A stretch of DNA of 64,000 nucleotides from Verrucomicrobiota bacterium. Its GTDB lineage: Bacteria > Verrucomicrobiota > Verrucomicrobiia > Limisphaerales > UBA1100. Shown here one piece after another: positions 55,519 to 64,000 of the stretch (position 1 is the stretch's first letter; each line of letters starts with the position of its first letter). The DNA lies in contig JAOLZA010000003.1 of NCBI GenBank assembly GCA_028343615.1, forward strand, positions 18,422-82,421, read 5' to 3'. The notes under the pieces are model-generated. The model did not search any database and was not told where the DNA came from. It was given only the letters and a program-made list of their open reading frames with translations. The position numbers were made by a program, and so were the translations under genes.

Positions 55519-56868
55519 TTAGCGTGGCACTCCGTTGGCCCAATCTGCAGCCACGAAAGTCATCACCGCCAGCGAGGCGACGCATCGGTTAAACTCGTGG
55601 CGGTCGAGTTTGTCGATGGTGTCCGCGTGAGTGTGATGAAACCAAAAGTAGCGCTCGCGGTCCACCTCCAAATGCATCACCGGCACGCCGCCACCGATGA
55701 GTCTCATCACGTCCGCGCCGCGGCAGCCTTTCTTAATTTCCCCCGCGCCCAATGGCGCGAGCAAACCGCCGATTTTTTGGATAACTTTCATTCCCTCACC
55801 GCTGCCGAGGAAGCCGTAGCCCGTCGGCTTAAACACGCCGCTGTCCGATTCAATCGCGAGCACATGATTTTTCAAATCCTTCGCGTGTCGCCGCGCGTAT
55901 TCCTTAGCGCCGCCAAGGCCATTCTCCTCATTCGTCCATAACACCACGCGAATGGTGCGGCGCGGCTTCAGCCCGCTTTTCATAATCAACCGCGCCGCCT
56001 CCCACGCGGCAAGACAGCCGCCGCCATCATCCATCGCCCCCTGACCTACATCCCACGAATCAATGTGGCCGCTCACAATCACAATTTCATTCGGCTTCAC
56101 GCTTCCGCGGATTTCCGCAATCACATTACGTGATTTGGCCGGCGGCAGCGTCCGCGCCTCCATTTTCAATTGAATGCGAATCGTCTCTCCACGCGATTGT
56201 ATCCGGGCCAGCATCTGCGCATCCTCCACCGACAAAGCCGCGTGGGGAATGCGTTTCACTTTGTCATCGTAGCGCATGTTGCCTGTGTGTGGCGTCTGCA
56301 TCGAAAATGGGCCCACCGACCGAATTAAGCTGGCCACCGCGCCCACCTTTGCTGCTTCTACTGCGCCCTCGCGCCGCACAATCACCGTCTCGCGATAATT
56401 CGTGAACGGCAAATTAAACAACACTATCTTTCCTTTCGCCCGCGCCTCATTCGCCTTCAAATCCGCAAAACTATCTACCACCAAAACCTCCGCCGTGAGT
56501 CCTTCCTTCGGCGTCCCCACGCTGCCGCCTAGCCCCAACATTGGTAACTTTCGCCGCCGAGGTGCAACTAACACTGCCGATTCCTCTCCGCGTACCCAAT
56601 GCGGCACGGTCACCTCCTCGCCGTGCACATTCACAAAACCATCCTTTTTCATCTCCGCAAGACACCAATCGATCGCCTTCTCTAAATTCGCCGACCCACT
56701 GAAGCGCGGCCCGAACGTGTCGCACAACGTCCCCAACCGCTGAAACGCAAACGCACTATTCGTCGCCGAGTGAATAAGTCGATTGGCTGTTTTTTGGTAA
56801 TCCTTGGAAATCTCCGCTGCCATTAAGGCGGTCGGTAAGCAAACGAGAAATATGGTGCGTAGAGTCAT
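55519..56868 (-). CDS. M28-family metallopeptidase (secreted aminopeptidase/carboxypeptidase)
   Basis: Signal peptide. Co-catalytic zinc ligand pattern (SGHIDSWD.GQGAMDDGGG, NEENGLGG, HHTHADT). Confidence 0.8.
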   Translation of the reverse strand: MTLRTIFLVCLPTALMAAEISKDYQKTANRLIHSATNSAFAFQRLGTLCDTFGPRFSGSANLEKAIDWCLAEMKKDGFVNVHGEEVTVPHWVRGEESAVLVAPRRRKLPMLGLGGSVGTPKEGLTAEVLVVDSFADLKANEARAKGKIVLFNLPFTNYRETVIVRREGAVEAAKVGAVASLIRSVGPFSMQTPHTGNMRYDDKVKRIPHAALSVEDAQMLARIQSRGETIRIQLKMEARTLPPAKSRNVIAEIRGSVKPNEIVIVSGHIDSWDVGQGAMDDGGGCLAAWEAARLIMKSGLKPRRTIRVVLWTNEENGLGGAKEYARRHAKDLKNHVLAIESDSGVFKPTGYGFLGSGEGMKVIQKIGGLLAPLGAGEIKKGCRGADVMRLIGGGVPVMHLEVDRERYFWFHHTHADTIDKLDRHEFNRCVASLAVMTFVAADWANGVPR

Positions 56869-57854
56869 TTGAAAATCCCAGTGGTCAACTTTCCATTTTT
56901 ATCGATGCTGCCGCGGTTCATGGCGGGGGTGTTGAATTCCATGACGATGTTACCTTTGGCATCAAGGCCGATGATGCCACCGCTGCCTTTGGCTTTTTTT
57001 AGTTTTATCTGAACGATGTCGCGGGCGGCTTGGGCGAGGGTGGATTTTTTATATTCCATATGCGCGGATATGTCGTGGGCGACGGCGTAGCGGATGAAAT
57101 ATTCGCCGTGGCCGGTGCAGGAGATGCCGCAGGTTTTGTTGTTGGCATAAGTGCCGGCACCGATGATGGGCGAGTCGCCGATGCGGCCAAACTGTTTGCC
57201 GGTGAGACCACCGGTGGAGGTGCCAGCAGCGATATTCCCTTTGGTATCGAGCGCAACGCAGCCGACGGTGCCGAAGTAGTCGGCATGTTTCCCATCGAGT
57301 AAGGTATTTTTGCCCTTTGCTTTCTTCTTCTTCCATTCCTGTAATTGGCGCCAGCGGTGGTCGGTATGAAAATAGGTAGGTTTCACTAGCTTCAGTCCCC
57401 TGTTTTTTGCGAAGGCTTCCGCCCCTTCGTTGGTGAGCAGCACGTGTGGGGTGTGATCCATCACGGCTCGCGCGGCGAGGATGGGGTTTTTCAAGGTAGT
57501 TACGCCGCCAACTGCGCCGGCCTCAAGGGTGCGACCGTCCATGAGTGAGGCATCGAGTTCATTGCGGCCGGCACTGGTGAAGACGGCACCTTTGCCGGCA
57601 TTAAAGAGTGGCGAATCTTCCATCACTATGATGGCTGCCTGCACGGCATCCAGCGAGCTGCCACCGCTTTTGAGAATGGCGTGGCCGGCGCGCAGGGAAG
57701 CCTCAAGCGTAGTGTGATATTCTTTTTGGCGGGCGGGTGTGAGCTTCGCCTTGTCCATGCGGCCGGCGCCGCCGTGGATGACGATGGCGACGGGGGATGC
57801 GGATTCAGTGGTCATAGTGAGCGCCAAGAGCGCGAGTGGGAGTAGTTTGCACAT
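56865..57854 (-). CDS. isoaspartyl peptidase / L-asparaginase (Ntn hydrolase)
   Basis: IVIHGGAG and the autoprocessing site DYFGTVGCVALD (nucleophile Thr), plus the GAG..N and GGIIG blocks. Its stop overlaps the M28 start (ATGA). Confidence 0.85.
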   Translation of the reverse strand: MCKLLPLALLALTMTTESASPVAIVIHGGAGRMDKAKLTPARQKEYHTTLEASLRAGHAILKSGGSSLDAVQAAIIVMEDSPLFNAGKGAVFTSAGRNELDASLMDGRTLEAGAVGGVTTLKNPILAARAVMDHTPHVLLTNEGAEAFAKNRGLKLVKPTYFHTDHRWRQLQEWKKKKAKGKNTLLDGKHADYFGTVGCVALDTKGNIAAGTSTGGLTGKQFGRIGDSPIIGAGTYANNKTCGISCTGHGEYFIRYAVAHDISAHMEYKKSTLAQAARDIVQIKLKKAKGSGGIIGLDAKGNIVMEFNTPAMNRGSIDKNGKLTTGIFK

Positions 57855-57891
57855 AGTTTATCAACAATTAAACAGTTGTTTGGGTGTCGGG

Positions 57892-59211
57892 CTACTCGTC
57901 CAGATTGGATTTGATAAACTCAAAGCTGCCATCGTTTTCGGATGCGATTGGAGCGAGTGACTTGTCCATATCCTCGGGCTTACGCCCGAAGCCGACGGTG
58001 TTCACGCGTACTTTTTTGTCTTTGTTGAGGTCGGCAATTAAGCGCCGGACAGGGAGATCATTGCCCACTTTGAAAATACCATCGGTCATCAGCCAAATGG
58101 TGTCGGGTTTTTTCTTACCGAAGGCTTCGCGCAGTGCTCCGCGCGGGTCGGTGCCGCCGGCGGCGGGAATGGCATTGGCCCAAGGCTTGATGCTGGCGAT
58201 GTTGTCTTGGGTGGCCTGCAGCGGCTCGCCTTCCATAGGCAAACTGGCACTGTGATAGAAATAGATGAAGAACTCTTTTTTCGGACCAAGTTTCCCGAGC
58301 GTGCGATAGAGCGCGTGCCTGGCAAGTTGCAGACGTTTGTCGATGCGCATGCTGCCTGAGCAATCAAGAATGAAGACGAATCGCGTGCCCTTTCCATTTT
58401 CAGAAATGTTAGGAAATAGGTTTGGAATTTTCCCGCCGACCACGGGTGCAGGCGCGGCGCAACAACCCAGTATGCCGGTGGTCGCACGGCCCACAGTCAC
58501 ACCCCCAGCGGATTCACTGTGGGCCAGCACAATTTTCCCGGCCGCGCCAATATCTGCATCATCTGATTGCCGCGCCGATCCGTCGGCGCCCATGAGCTGG
58601 CCCTCGCCTTTGTTGAGGCCGCTCATTGCTTCGGGTGGCACGTGTTTCTCATCCGCGCCGCTCCAGCGCGCGGTGCCAAGGTCGCAGGTGGAAAGATTGC
58701 GCGTAGTGCCCAGCACGGTGGTGGGCCGGCCAGTGTCTGCCCCGTGGATGAGCACGTAGCTGATTGCTTTGTGTGGCAGGATGCGGTCGATGGTTGGATC
58801 GTAACGGGCCCAGTCTGCGCGTGCGGCCTCGTTGGCCGCTTCGCGTTCTGCATCGCAGGGCGACCACAAAATCTCCGCCGAACCGAGCCCTGTTCGCAAC
58901 GTGGGCAGCGAGAAGATGGCGGCTGGATGGCTGGCAAAGTCATCATTTTGCGGGCCAAAAAACTCTCGTTGGTTAAAAGGTGTGAGTTGCCATGGCAGGC
59001 GGCCTCCGTTTTCGTTGGAAAAGGCAATGAGGGACGTTGCCATTTGTCCGAGTTGGCTTACGCACTTAACGCGGCTGGCCTTTGCCTTGGCGCGCCCAAG
59101 TACGGGAAGCAGCAGCGCCACCAGTACCCCAAGGATTGCAATTACTACCAACAGCTCAATCAGCGTAAAGCCGTGTCGGTTGTTGGATGGATTGCGTTGT
59201 GTGAGAGGCAT
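57892..59211 (-). CDS. pilin-like (prepilin N-methylation signal, DUF1559-type) protein fused to a C-terminal vWA domain
   Basis: The ATG at 59211 gives a prepilin cleavage motif, G/FTLIELLVVIAILGVLVALLLP. A DUF1559-like end (LMGADGSARQ) is followed by a vWA domain with a MIDAS motif (FILDCSGSM). Confidence 0.7.
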   Translation of the reverse strand: MPLTQRNPSNNRHGFTLIELLVVIAILGVLVALLLPVLGRAKAKASRVKCVSQLGQMATSLIAFSNENGGRLPWQLTPFNQREFFGPQNDDFASHPAAIFSLPTLRTGLGSAEILWSPCDAEREAANEAARADWARYDPTIDRILPHKAISYVLIHGADTGRPTTVLGTTRNLSTCDLGTARWSGADEKHVPPEAMSGLNKGEGQLMGADGSARQSDDADIGAAGKIVLAHSESAGGVTVGRATTGILGCCAAPAPVVGGKIPNLFPNISENGKGTRFVFILDCSGSMRIDKRLQLARHALYRTLGKLGPKKEFFIYFYHSASLPMEGEPLQATQDNIASIKPWANAIPAAGGTDPRGALREAFGKKKPDTIWLMTDGIFKVGNDLPVRRLIADLNKDKKVRVNTVGFGRKPEDMDKSLAPIASENDGSFEFIKSNLDE

Positions 59212-59298
59212 GAGCGGGTATTGAAGCTCCTTCACGTGCCATGGCCAAGTGCAAAGTACGGTCGTTGACATTCGCGTACGGCTTGGGGAAAGTGCTGC

Positions 59299-59796
59299 GT
59301 GCCTGAAACCGATTTGAAAATAAGACCTGCCACAGAGGAGGACTCTGCGTTATTGTTGGAATTTATTCGTGCCCTTGCAGAGTTCGAAAAAATGGCGGAT
59401 CAAGTGGAAGCCACCGAAGCGACTGTGCGCGAAACGCTTTTCGGTAAAAACCGTCGGGCCGCCGTAGAGGGGATTATCGGTGAATGGCGCGGCGAGCCGG
59501 CGGCATTTGCCATTTATTTTCACAACTACTCCACCTTCACCGGTCGAGCCGGAGTATATCTTGAGGATCTGTTTGTGAAGCCCGAATACCGCCGCCACGG
59601 CATCGGTCGGCAAATGCTGGCGCACCTTGCAAACATAGCCGTAGAACGTAATTGCCCGCGCTTTGAATGGGTGGCGCTGGATTGGAACCAATCAGCGGCA
59701 GATTTTTATGAAACTCTCGGGGCGGAGCAATTGAATAGCTGGCAATCATTTCGCATAAGTGGAGAGCCGTTGAAAAAACTGGCGCAGACCTCGTAA
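59299..59796 (+). CDS. GNAT-family N-acetyltransferase
   Basis: 165 aa with a GTG start and an acetyl-CoA binding motif (RRHGIGRQML). Confidence 0.8.
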   Translation: MPETDLKIRPATEEDSALLLEFIRALAEFEKMADQVEATEATVRETLFGKNRRAAVEGIIGEWRGEPAAFAIYFHNYSTFTGRAGVYLEDLFVKPEYRRHGIGRQMLAHLANIAVERNCPRFEWVALDWNQSAADFYETLGAEQLNSWQSFRISGEPLKKLAQTS

Positions 59797-59808
59797 TTGA
59801 CCACCACT

Positions 59809-59825
59809 ACTTATTGACAATAAGT
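59809..59825. promoter_or_regulatory. perfect 17-bp palindrome ACTTATTGACAATAAGT (candidate operator)
   Basis: Read directly. It consists of 8-nt arms around a single central base, too tight to form a hairpin loop, so a dimeric protein site is more plausible than a terminator. Confidence 0.3.
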
Positions 59826-59985
59826 CGCCGTGCTGTTAATAACCTCCGCCGCGGATGTCCCCCATCCGCTTCTGGTCGCCAGCGGGATACCCCACACTCC
59901 TCCCCGTTGGCGGCCTATTTCTTTCAGAATAGGAACGGTGTGCGTATAACAATAATCCCCCCATTGACAAACACCCCCTGAAAAG

Positions 59986-60025
59986 GTACGTTTACGTACT
60001 AAATGGTCGTCGAGGATTAGTACGT
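59986..60025. promoter_or_regulatory. GTACGT-TT-ACGTAC palindrome plus a third GTACGT half-site upstream of the lipoprotein gene
   Basis: A perfect 14-bp palindrome lies at 59986-59999, with GTACGT again at 60020-60025. A TTGACA hexamer lies at 59964-59969. Confidence 0.3.
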
Positions 60026-60056
60026 GAGCGGGGCAAATCTGAATGGAGATTGAATA

Positions 60057-60557
60057 ATGCGGCACATGAAATATGTTTGGTTTATGGTGATAGGATTATG
60101 GCTTTCGACCGGTTGTGCAGTGCTGGATGGCTGGGTCAGTAATCCATATGAGAAAAATTATTTCCCGCTGATTGCTTCCTCCGATTCCACTGTGCCGGTT
60201 GGGGAGCCAGAGATTCAACAAACGCTGATGCGTCGTCATGCCGAGCGAGTGACGTTGCATACCGACGGCGGTTGGGGAATTCTGGGTGAATCGGAATTCA
60301 ATACAGCTCATTCCCCCGGCAATGGGCAACTTAAAAATCATGCGCGTGCGGTGGGAGCGGAGCTGGTGGTGCACTCTCGGGAATTCACCCGGCGCGAACA
60401 AGAATGGGTGCGACGTCGCGAGTACGAACCGGGCGAGCACTTCACGGTCAACGGCACCACCATCGTGCGCCCCGGCAAGTGGGTGGAGCGCCATGAACCG
60501 GTGACCCGTCAATACCACAATTACCGCGCCACTTTTCTGCGTCGATGCGGGGAATAA
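60057..60557 (+). CDS. hypothetical lipoprotein
   Basis: 166 aa with lipobox LWLSTGCAV. The longer antisense ORF (60096..60743) lacks any signal or motif. Confidence 0.5.
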   Translation: MRHMKYVWFMVIGLWLSTGCAVLDGWVSNPYEKNYFPLIASSDSTVPVGEPEIQQTLMRRHAERVTLHTDGGWGILGESEFNTAHSPGNGQLKNHARAVGAELVVHSREFTRREQEWVRRREYEPGEHFTVNGTTIVRPGKWVERHEPVTRQYHNYRATFLRRCGE

Positions 60558-60591
60558 ATCCTCAATATTTTTAAGGACAAATCGCGTTCGA

Positions 60592-62859
60592 ATGACTACA
60601 CTTTTTGCCATGCGGTTCGCGTATATTTTTGGCCTTTCAGGATTCCTGTCCTCAACTTTGTTTTCGCAAGTCCCTCCTGTTCCTGGCGATGCGCCCACGC
60701 GCGGCGCAGCGTTGCCGGACAAGCTCAAGGCTGCGGCTCCCAAACTGGCTGCGCGCTATGCCGCCGAGTTAACCAAGGCCAAGGCTGGCGATGCGCTGGC
60801 GCAACACGAAGTGAGCCAGCTGCTGGTCTGGGGACAAGGCGTGCCGGTGAATTTGCCTAGAGCGTTTGAATGGGCCAAAAAATCCGCCGCTGCCGGTCAT
60901 GCCCTAGGCCGGTTTCGGGTGGGGTTGATGTATCGTTTTGGTACCGGGGTGGAGCCGGATGAAAAAAAGAGTAATGAATACTTGAAACAAGCCGCCCCCG
61001 GACTGCCAGCGCTCGTCAAGGCGGGGAATGTTACGGCGACGCGTGCGTTGGGTTTGCTGCATTATCGCGGCTGGGGCGGGCTGGAGATGGATAAGGCAGC
61101 GGCGCTGAAAATTTTTGAACAGGCGGCCAAGGCGGGTGATCCCTTTTCCATGTCGAAAATGGCCGATCAATACTGGGCTGGTCTCGGCGCGCGGCGTGAT
61201 CGGGATCGGGCACGCAAGTTGTACCGCGAGACGTTGCCCATTTTTATGACGTTGGGCGAGCAGGGAAGCGTACAGGCTATGTTTTGGGCGGGCAACATCT
61301 GGGCTAGTCAACGCCATGGGCGGCGTGATTATGTGGAGGCCATCCGTTGGCAGCGACCTATTGCCGAACAGGGGTTTGCCGAGGCGGAGTTTATGCTCGG
61401 TGCGCGTTATAGCAAGGGGCAGGGAGTGGAGAAAAATGATGTGCTGGCCATGGAATGGTATCGCAAGGCTGCGTCACAGGGGAATTCCGGTGCGATTAAT
61501 AACATCGGCTGGATGCTGAACTACGGTCGCGCTGGTGAAGGGGCGGCTAATTCCGACAAATCGATCGAGCATTACCGGCGAGCGGCCGAAAGAGGCAATG
61601 CAGTTTCCCAAAACAACGTGGGGCTGCGCCTGAAAAATGAGGGCGATACCGAAGAAGAAAAGGCGGCTATTCTTAAGGAACGTTTCCAATGGCATCGGCG
61701 GGCGGCAGAAAATGACAATCCCCGCGGGCAATTCGAGTTGGCAGGAATGTACGATGCTGGACAAGGCATCGAACCCAACCTAGCACTGGCGGTGAAGTGG
61801 TACCGACGTGCTGCGGAAAACGACAATGCGGAAGCACAACTGGCGTTATCCAAAATCTATCAGGGAGGCCGCGGTGTGCCTCAGGATCACCGGTTAGCTC
61901 TTTATTGGCTCGCCCGTCTCACGGAATTTAACCGGGACGAGGATAACCAATCATTTGCTAGAGATCGTGAGGCAGCCAAAAGCGCATTGGATATCCATGG
62001 GCAGCTTTCCGCCCGCCTGAACGATGGCTGGCCCGTACGCATCGGCAAGTCGAAGGGGGTCGGAGCGCCTCCCGAAGATGCCCCGCCCGCCTCATTGTTC
62101 CAACACGCCGCCCGCCTCATCTTTGGAATTGGTATCGAAAAAAACGAACCGGAAGCCCTGCGATGGGTGCTCCGCGCGGCGGATCGCGGATTGGCCAATG
62201 CGCAATACGTCCTCGCCATCCGCTACGAACAGGGACGGGGCATGCCGCTTGATGACAAAAAATCTTTTGAATTCTACAAAAAAGCCGCCGATCAGGGCCA
62301 CGCCGCTGCGGCCAATCAACTGGGCGTAAAGTTGCTTCTTGGCGAAAGTGCCAAACGTGATGCGGTTATGGCCCGCAAGTATTTTATCCGCGCCGCAGAG
62401 GGCGGCCATGCTGACGGTATGTTTAACTTTGCTGTGCAACTGGCCACCGGCAAAGGCGGGCCGGTGGATGAGGCTTTGGCAGTGAAGTGGTATCAGCGTG
62501 CCGCCCAGCTCGGCCAGCCCCAAGCGCTCAATGAAATGGGTGTGCGCCTGTTGACTGGACAGGGCCTGCCGAAGAATACGGAGACTGCTGCGCGAAGTTT
62601 TCGGTTGGCCGCCTGGCAGGGCCATACAGATGCTCAGTTTAATTTCGCCGGTCTGTGCCGCGCGGGCCAAGGGGTGGATGTCGATGAGGTGGAGGCCTTT
62701 GTGTGGTTGTGTCAGGCCGCCTTGAGTGGCCATGAGGTTGCAGCGGTTCAGTTGTCGGCATTGTCTCCCAAACTTACAGTCGCACAACGGCAAGCCGCTA
62801 TCAGTAAAGCCAATACTTGGCTGCCTCAACTCCATGTACAACGTGGGGATAACCAGTAA
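60592..62859 (+). CDS. large Sel1-repeat protein (secreted)
   Basis: 755 aa with an N-terminal hydrophobic signal. It contains more than 15 Sel1-like repeats (A..W(Y/F)..AA..G...A...LG..Y..G.GV..D). Confidence 0.85.
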   Translation: MTTLFAMRFAYIFGLSGFLSSTLFSQVPPVPGDAPTRGAALPDKLKAAAPKLAARYAAELTKAKAGDALAQHEVSQLLVWGQGVPVNLPRAFEWAKKSAAAGHALGRFRVGLMYRFGTGVEPDEKKSNEYLKQAAPGLPALVKAGNVTATRALGLLHYRGWGGLEMDKAAALKIFEQAAKAGDPFSMSKMADQYWAGLGARRDRDRARKLYRETLPIFMTLGEQGSVQAMFWAGNIWASQRHGRRDYVEAIRWQRPIAEQGFAEAEFMLGARYSKGQGVEKNDVLAMEWYRKAASQGNSGAINNIGWMLNYGRAGEGAANSDKSIEHYRRAAERGNAVSQNNVGLRLKNEGDTEEEKAAILKERFQWHRRAAENDNPRGQFELAGMYDAGQGIEPNLALAVKWYRRAAENDNAEAQLALSKIYQGGRGVPQDHRLALYWLARLTEFNRDEDNQSFARDREAAKSALDIHGQLSARLNDGWPVRIGKSKGVGAPPEDAPPASLFQHAARLIFGIGIEKNEPEALRWVLRAADRGLANAQYVLAIRYEQGRGMPLDDKKSFEFYKKAADQGHAAAANQLGVKLLLGESAKRDAVMARKYFIRAAEGGHADGMFNFAVQLATGKGGPVDEALAVKWYQRAAQLGQPQALNEMGVRLLTGQGLPKNTETAARSFRLAAWQGHTDAQFNFAGLCRAGQGVDVDEVEAFVWLCQAALSGHEVAAVQLSALSPKLTVAQRQAAISKANTWLPQLHVQRGDNQ

Positions 62860-62877
62860 TTAAAAAGGAGAAATAAC

Positions 62878-63747
62878 ATGAATCAAACCATCCAGTTGAT
62901 GGTGCTGACAGTAGCCTTGTGCGCAGGATGCGAGTCCACACCGAAGTCACCATTGAACGAGTTGGAAATGCGCGGTGGGTTGGTATATTTGAAAGGCGAC
63001 ACCGTGCCGTATACTGGCGAGAATACGATGACTAATCCGAGTACCGGCCGAAAGTTCCTGTTTAGCTATAAAAACGGTCGCAAACACGGTCGGTTTGAGG
63101 AATGGTATAACGGTACCCAGCGACGCGCCGTGGCTGAATGGCAGGATGGGAAAATCATCTCCGGCACCTCATGGAAACCCGACGGAACCGAAGGCAGCCG
63201 CGTGTTGAATGGCACCGGGGCTCTCATTCTATTTCGCTCCGATGGTACCCGAGAGAGTGAAAAAACCTATCGCAACGGGGTCCAAGTCCCTAGCGTATCC
63301 GGCGGAAACAGTGATTCATACCTCACTGGGGCGCCGGTGAAACACGCTTCAGGTAAGTACATAAATACTGTCACCGGACAGCCTTTTCACGGTACCTATG
63401 ATTATTACATCGATGGAATCAGGTTCAAAGGCCGGATGAACCACGGCCACCGCGATGGACTCATACGGTCGTGGTATATCGCCGGTGCACCGCTGATGGA
63501 GGCAGATTATTCAGAAGGGAAAATTAACGGGCGTTTTGTGGAGTGGTACCCCAACGGAGAACGGATGGTGGACGCCATCTTCCAGCGGGGTAGATTGGTG
63601 CGCGCCACTTCGTGGAAACTTGGAGGCAAGGTGGCCTCGGAATTGCCGAAGGGCACGGGTACGCTGGTTCTCTTTTATCCTCAAGGCGGAAAGCGCCGTG
63701 AATCAGTTTATCAACAGGGCGTGAAAGTCGTGCGCAAGGTTGAATAA
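62878..63747 (+). CDS. MORN-repeat-variant (YwqK-like) lipoprotein
   Basis: AAAGGAG Shine-Dalgarno sequence and lipobox LCAGCES. It has repeated G..(E/R)W(Y).NG........(W/Y)..GK..G modules. Confidence 0.7.
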   Translation: MNQTIQLMVLTVALCAGCESTPKSPLNELEMRGGLVYLKGDTVPYTGENTMTNPSTGRKFLFSYKNGRKHGRFEEWYNGTQRRAVAEWQDGKIISGTSWKPDGTEGSRVLNGTGALILFRSDGTRESEKTYRNGVQVPSVSGGNSDSYLTGAPVKHASGKYINTVTGQPFHGTYDYYIDGIRFKGRMNHGHRDGLIRSWYIAGAPLMEADYSEGKINGRFVEWYPNGERMVDAIFQRGRLVRATSWKLGGKVASELPKGTGTLVLFYPQGGKRRESVYQQGVKVVRKVE

Positions 63748-63768
63748 TCCGGTGGCACTCATAAAAAA

Positions 63769-63794
63769 CCCCGCCCGAAATCGGGCGGGGTTTA
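63769..63794. terminator. bidirectional rho-independent terminator
   Basis: CCCCGCCCG (63769-63777) pairs with CGGGCGGGG (63782-63790). It is flanked by an A-run upstream and T's downstream, and sits between convergent genes. Confidence 0.7.
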
Positions 63795-63828
63795 AAACCA
63801 TTAGATGTGTGCGTTGGGTTTTGTGTGA

Positions 63829-64000
63829 TTAGTAGAGCAAGTTCTTCCAATTTTTTCCTGCCGCCTTGCTTAGGCGGGACAACTCTTTGGTGCGGTGCTT
63901 GAAATGGAGATTCATTTCGCGTTGCGCTAGAGTCCAGTTAATCCGCTTCAGATTACGACGGAACGGATCTTTCTTATTCTCGCGAAAGAACTTAGGTCCG
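63829..64000 (-). CDS. 3' end of an unidentified gene continuing beyond the window
   Basis: The minus-strand frame is open from the window edge to the TAA at 63829-63831 and translates ..FFRENKKDPFRRNLKRINWTLAQREMNLHFKHRTKELSRLSKAAGKNWKNLLY*. No family was recognised. Confidence 0.35.
   Translation of the reverse strand, partial: GPKFFRENKKDPFRRNLKRINWTLAQREMNLHFKHRTKELSRLSKAAGKNWKNLLY

Noticed and set aside
1-64000. Search for defence islands, prophage, integrative elements, CRISPR-Cas, toxin-antitoxin pairs, retrons/DGRs, tRNA or rRNA genes
   Set aside because: No integrase, transposase, recombinase, reverse transcriptase, Cas, nuclease-helicase defence signature, phage structural gene, direct-repeat array or tRNA-like T-loop/acceptor pattern was recognised on either strand. 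Absence is based on reading by eye and should be confirmed with tRNAscan-SE, Infernal, PADLOC or DefenseFinder.

Overview
This is a 64-kb, moderately GC-rich, almost fully coding chromosomal segment. The gene content points to the PVC superphylum, most likely Verrucomicrobiota. That is an inference from two clusters of PSCyt/DUF1549/DUF1553 plus TAT-signal DUF1501 genes, three sulfatases, several Sel1-repeat proteins and a pilin-like DUF1559-type protein. Housekeeping genes include a cytochrome b/c fusion (5' partial), nrdA-nrdB-dcd, dnaG, a PPi-type phosphofructokinase, leuCD and msrB. Accessory content includes a metalloid/redox trio (Trx-type ArsC, TerB, FMN reductase), an M48 protease followed by three tandem AIM24/TIGR00266 paralogs, and a translationally coupled 2-ATPase/2-permease ABC module ending in a Grx-type ArsC-fold gene. 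It also includes a visibly more AT-rich sulfatase/DUF1080/ceramidase-like/Sel1 block, a five-gene envelope operon (secreted protein, TM C2-like, half-size PqiA-like, tail-anchored Sel1, TM-LRR) and a pilin-vWA fusion co-oriented with an isoaspartyl peptidase and an M28 peptidase. I saw no rRNA, tRNA, CRISPR array, transposase/integrase, phage genes or recognisable defence system. The best novelty candidates are the M48+3xAIM24 operon, the C2/PqiA/Sel1/LRR operon, the pilin-vWA fusion and a structured GC-rich element in the long nrdA leader; none is shown to be a new system. All family calls come from motif and pattern recognition on the translated ORFs, with no database search. Several ORF-track starts were trimmed to internal ATGs with signal peptides or tight gene junctions.
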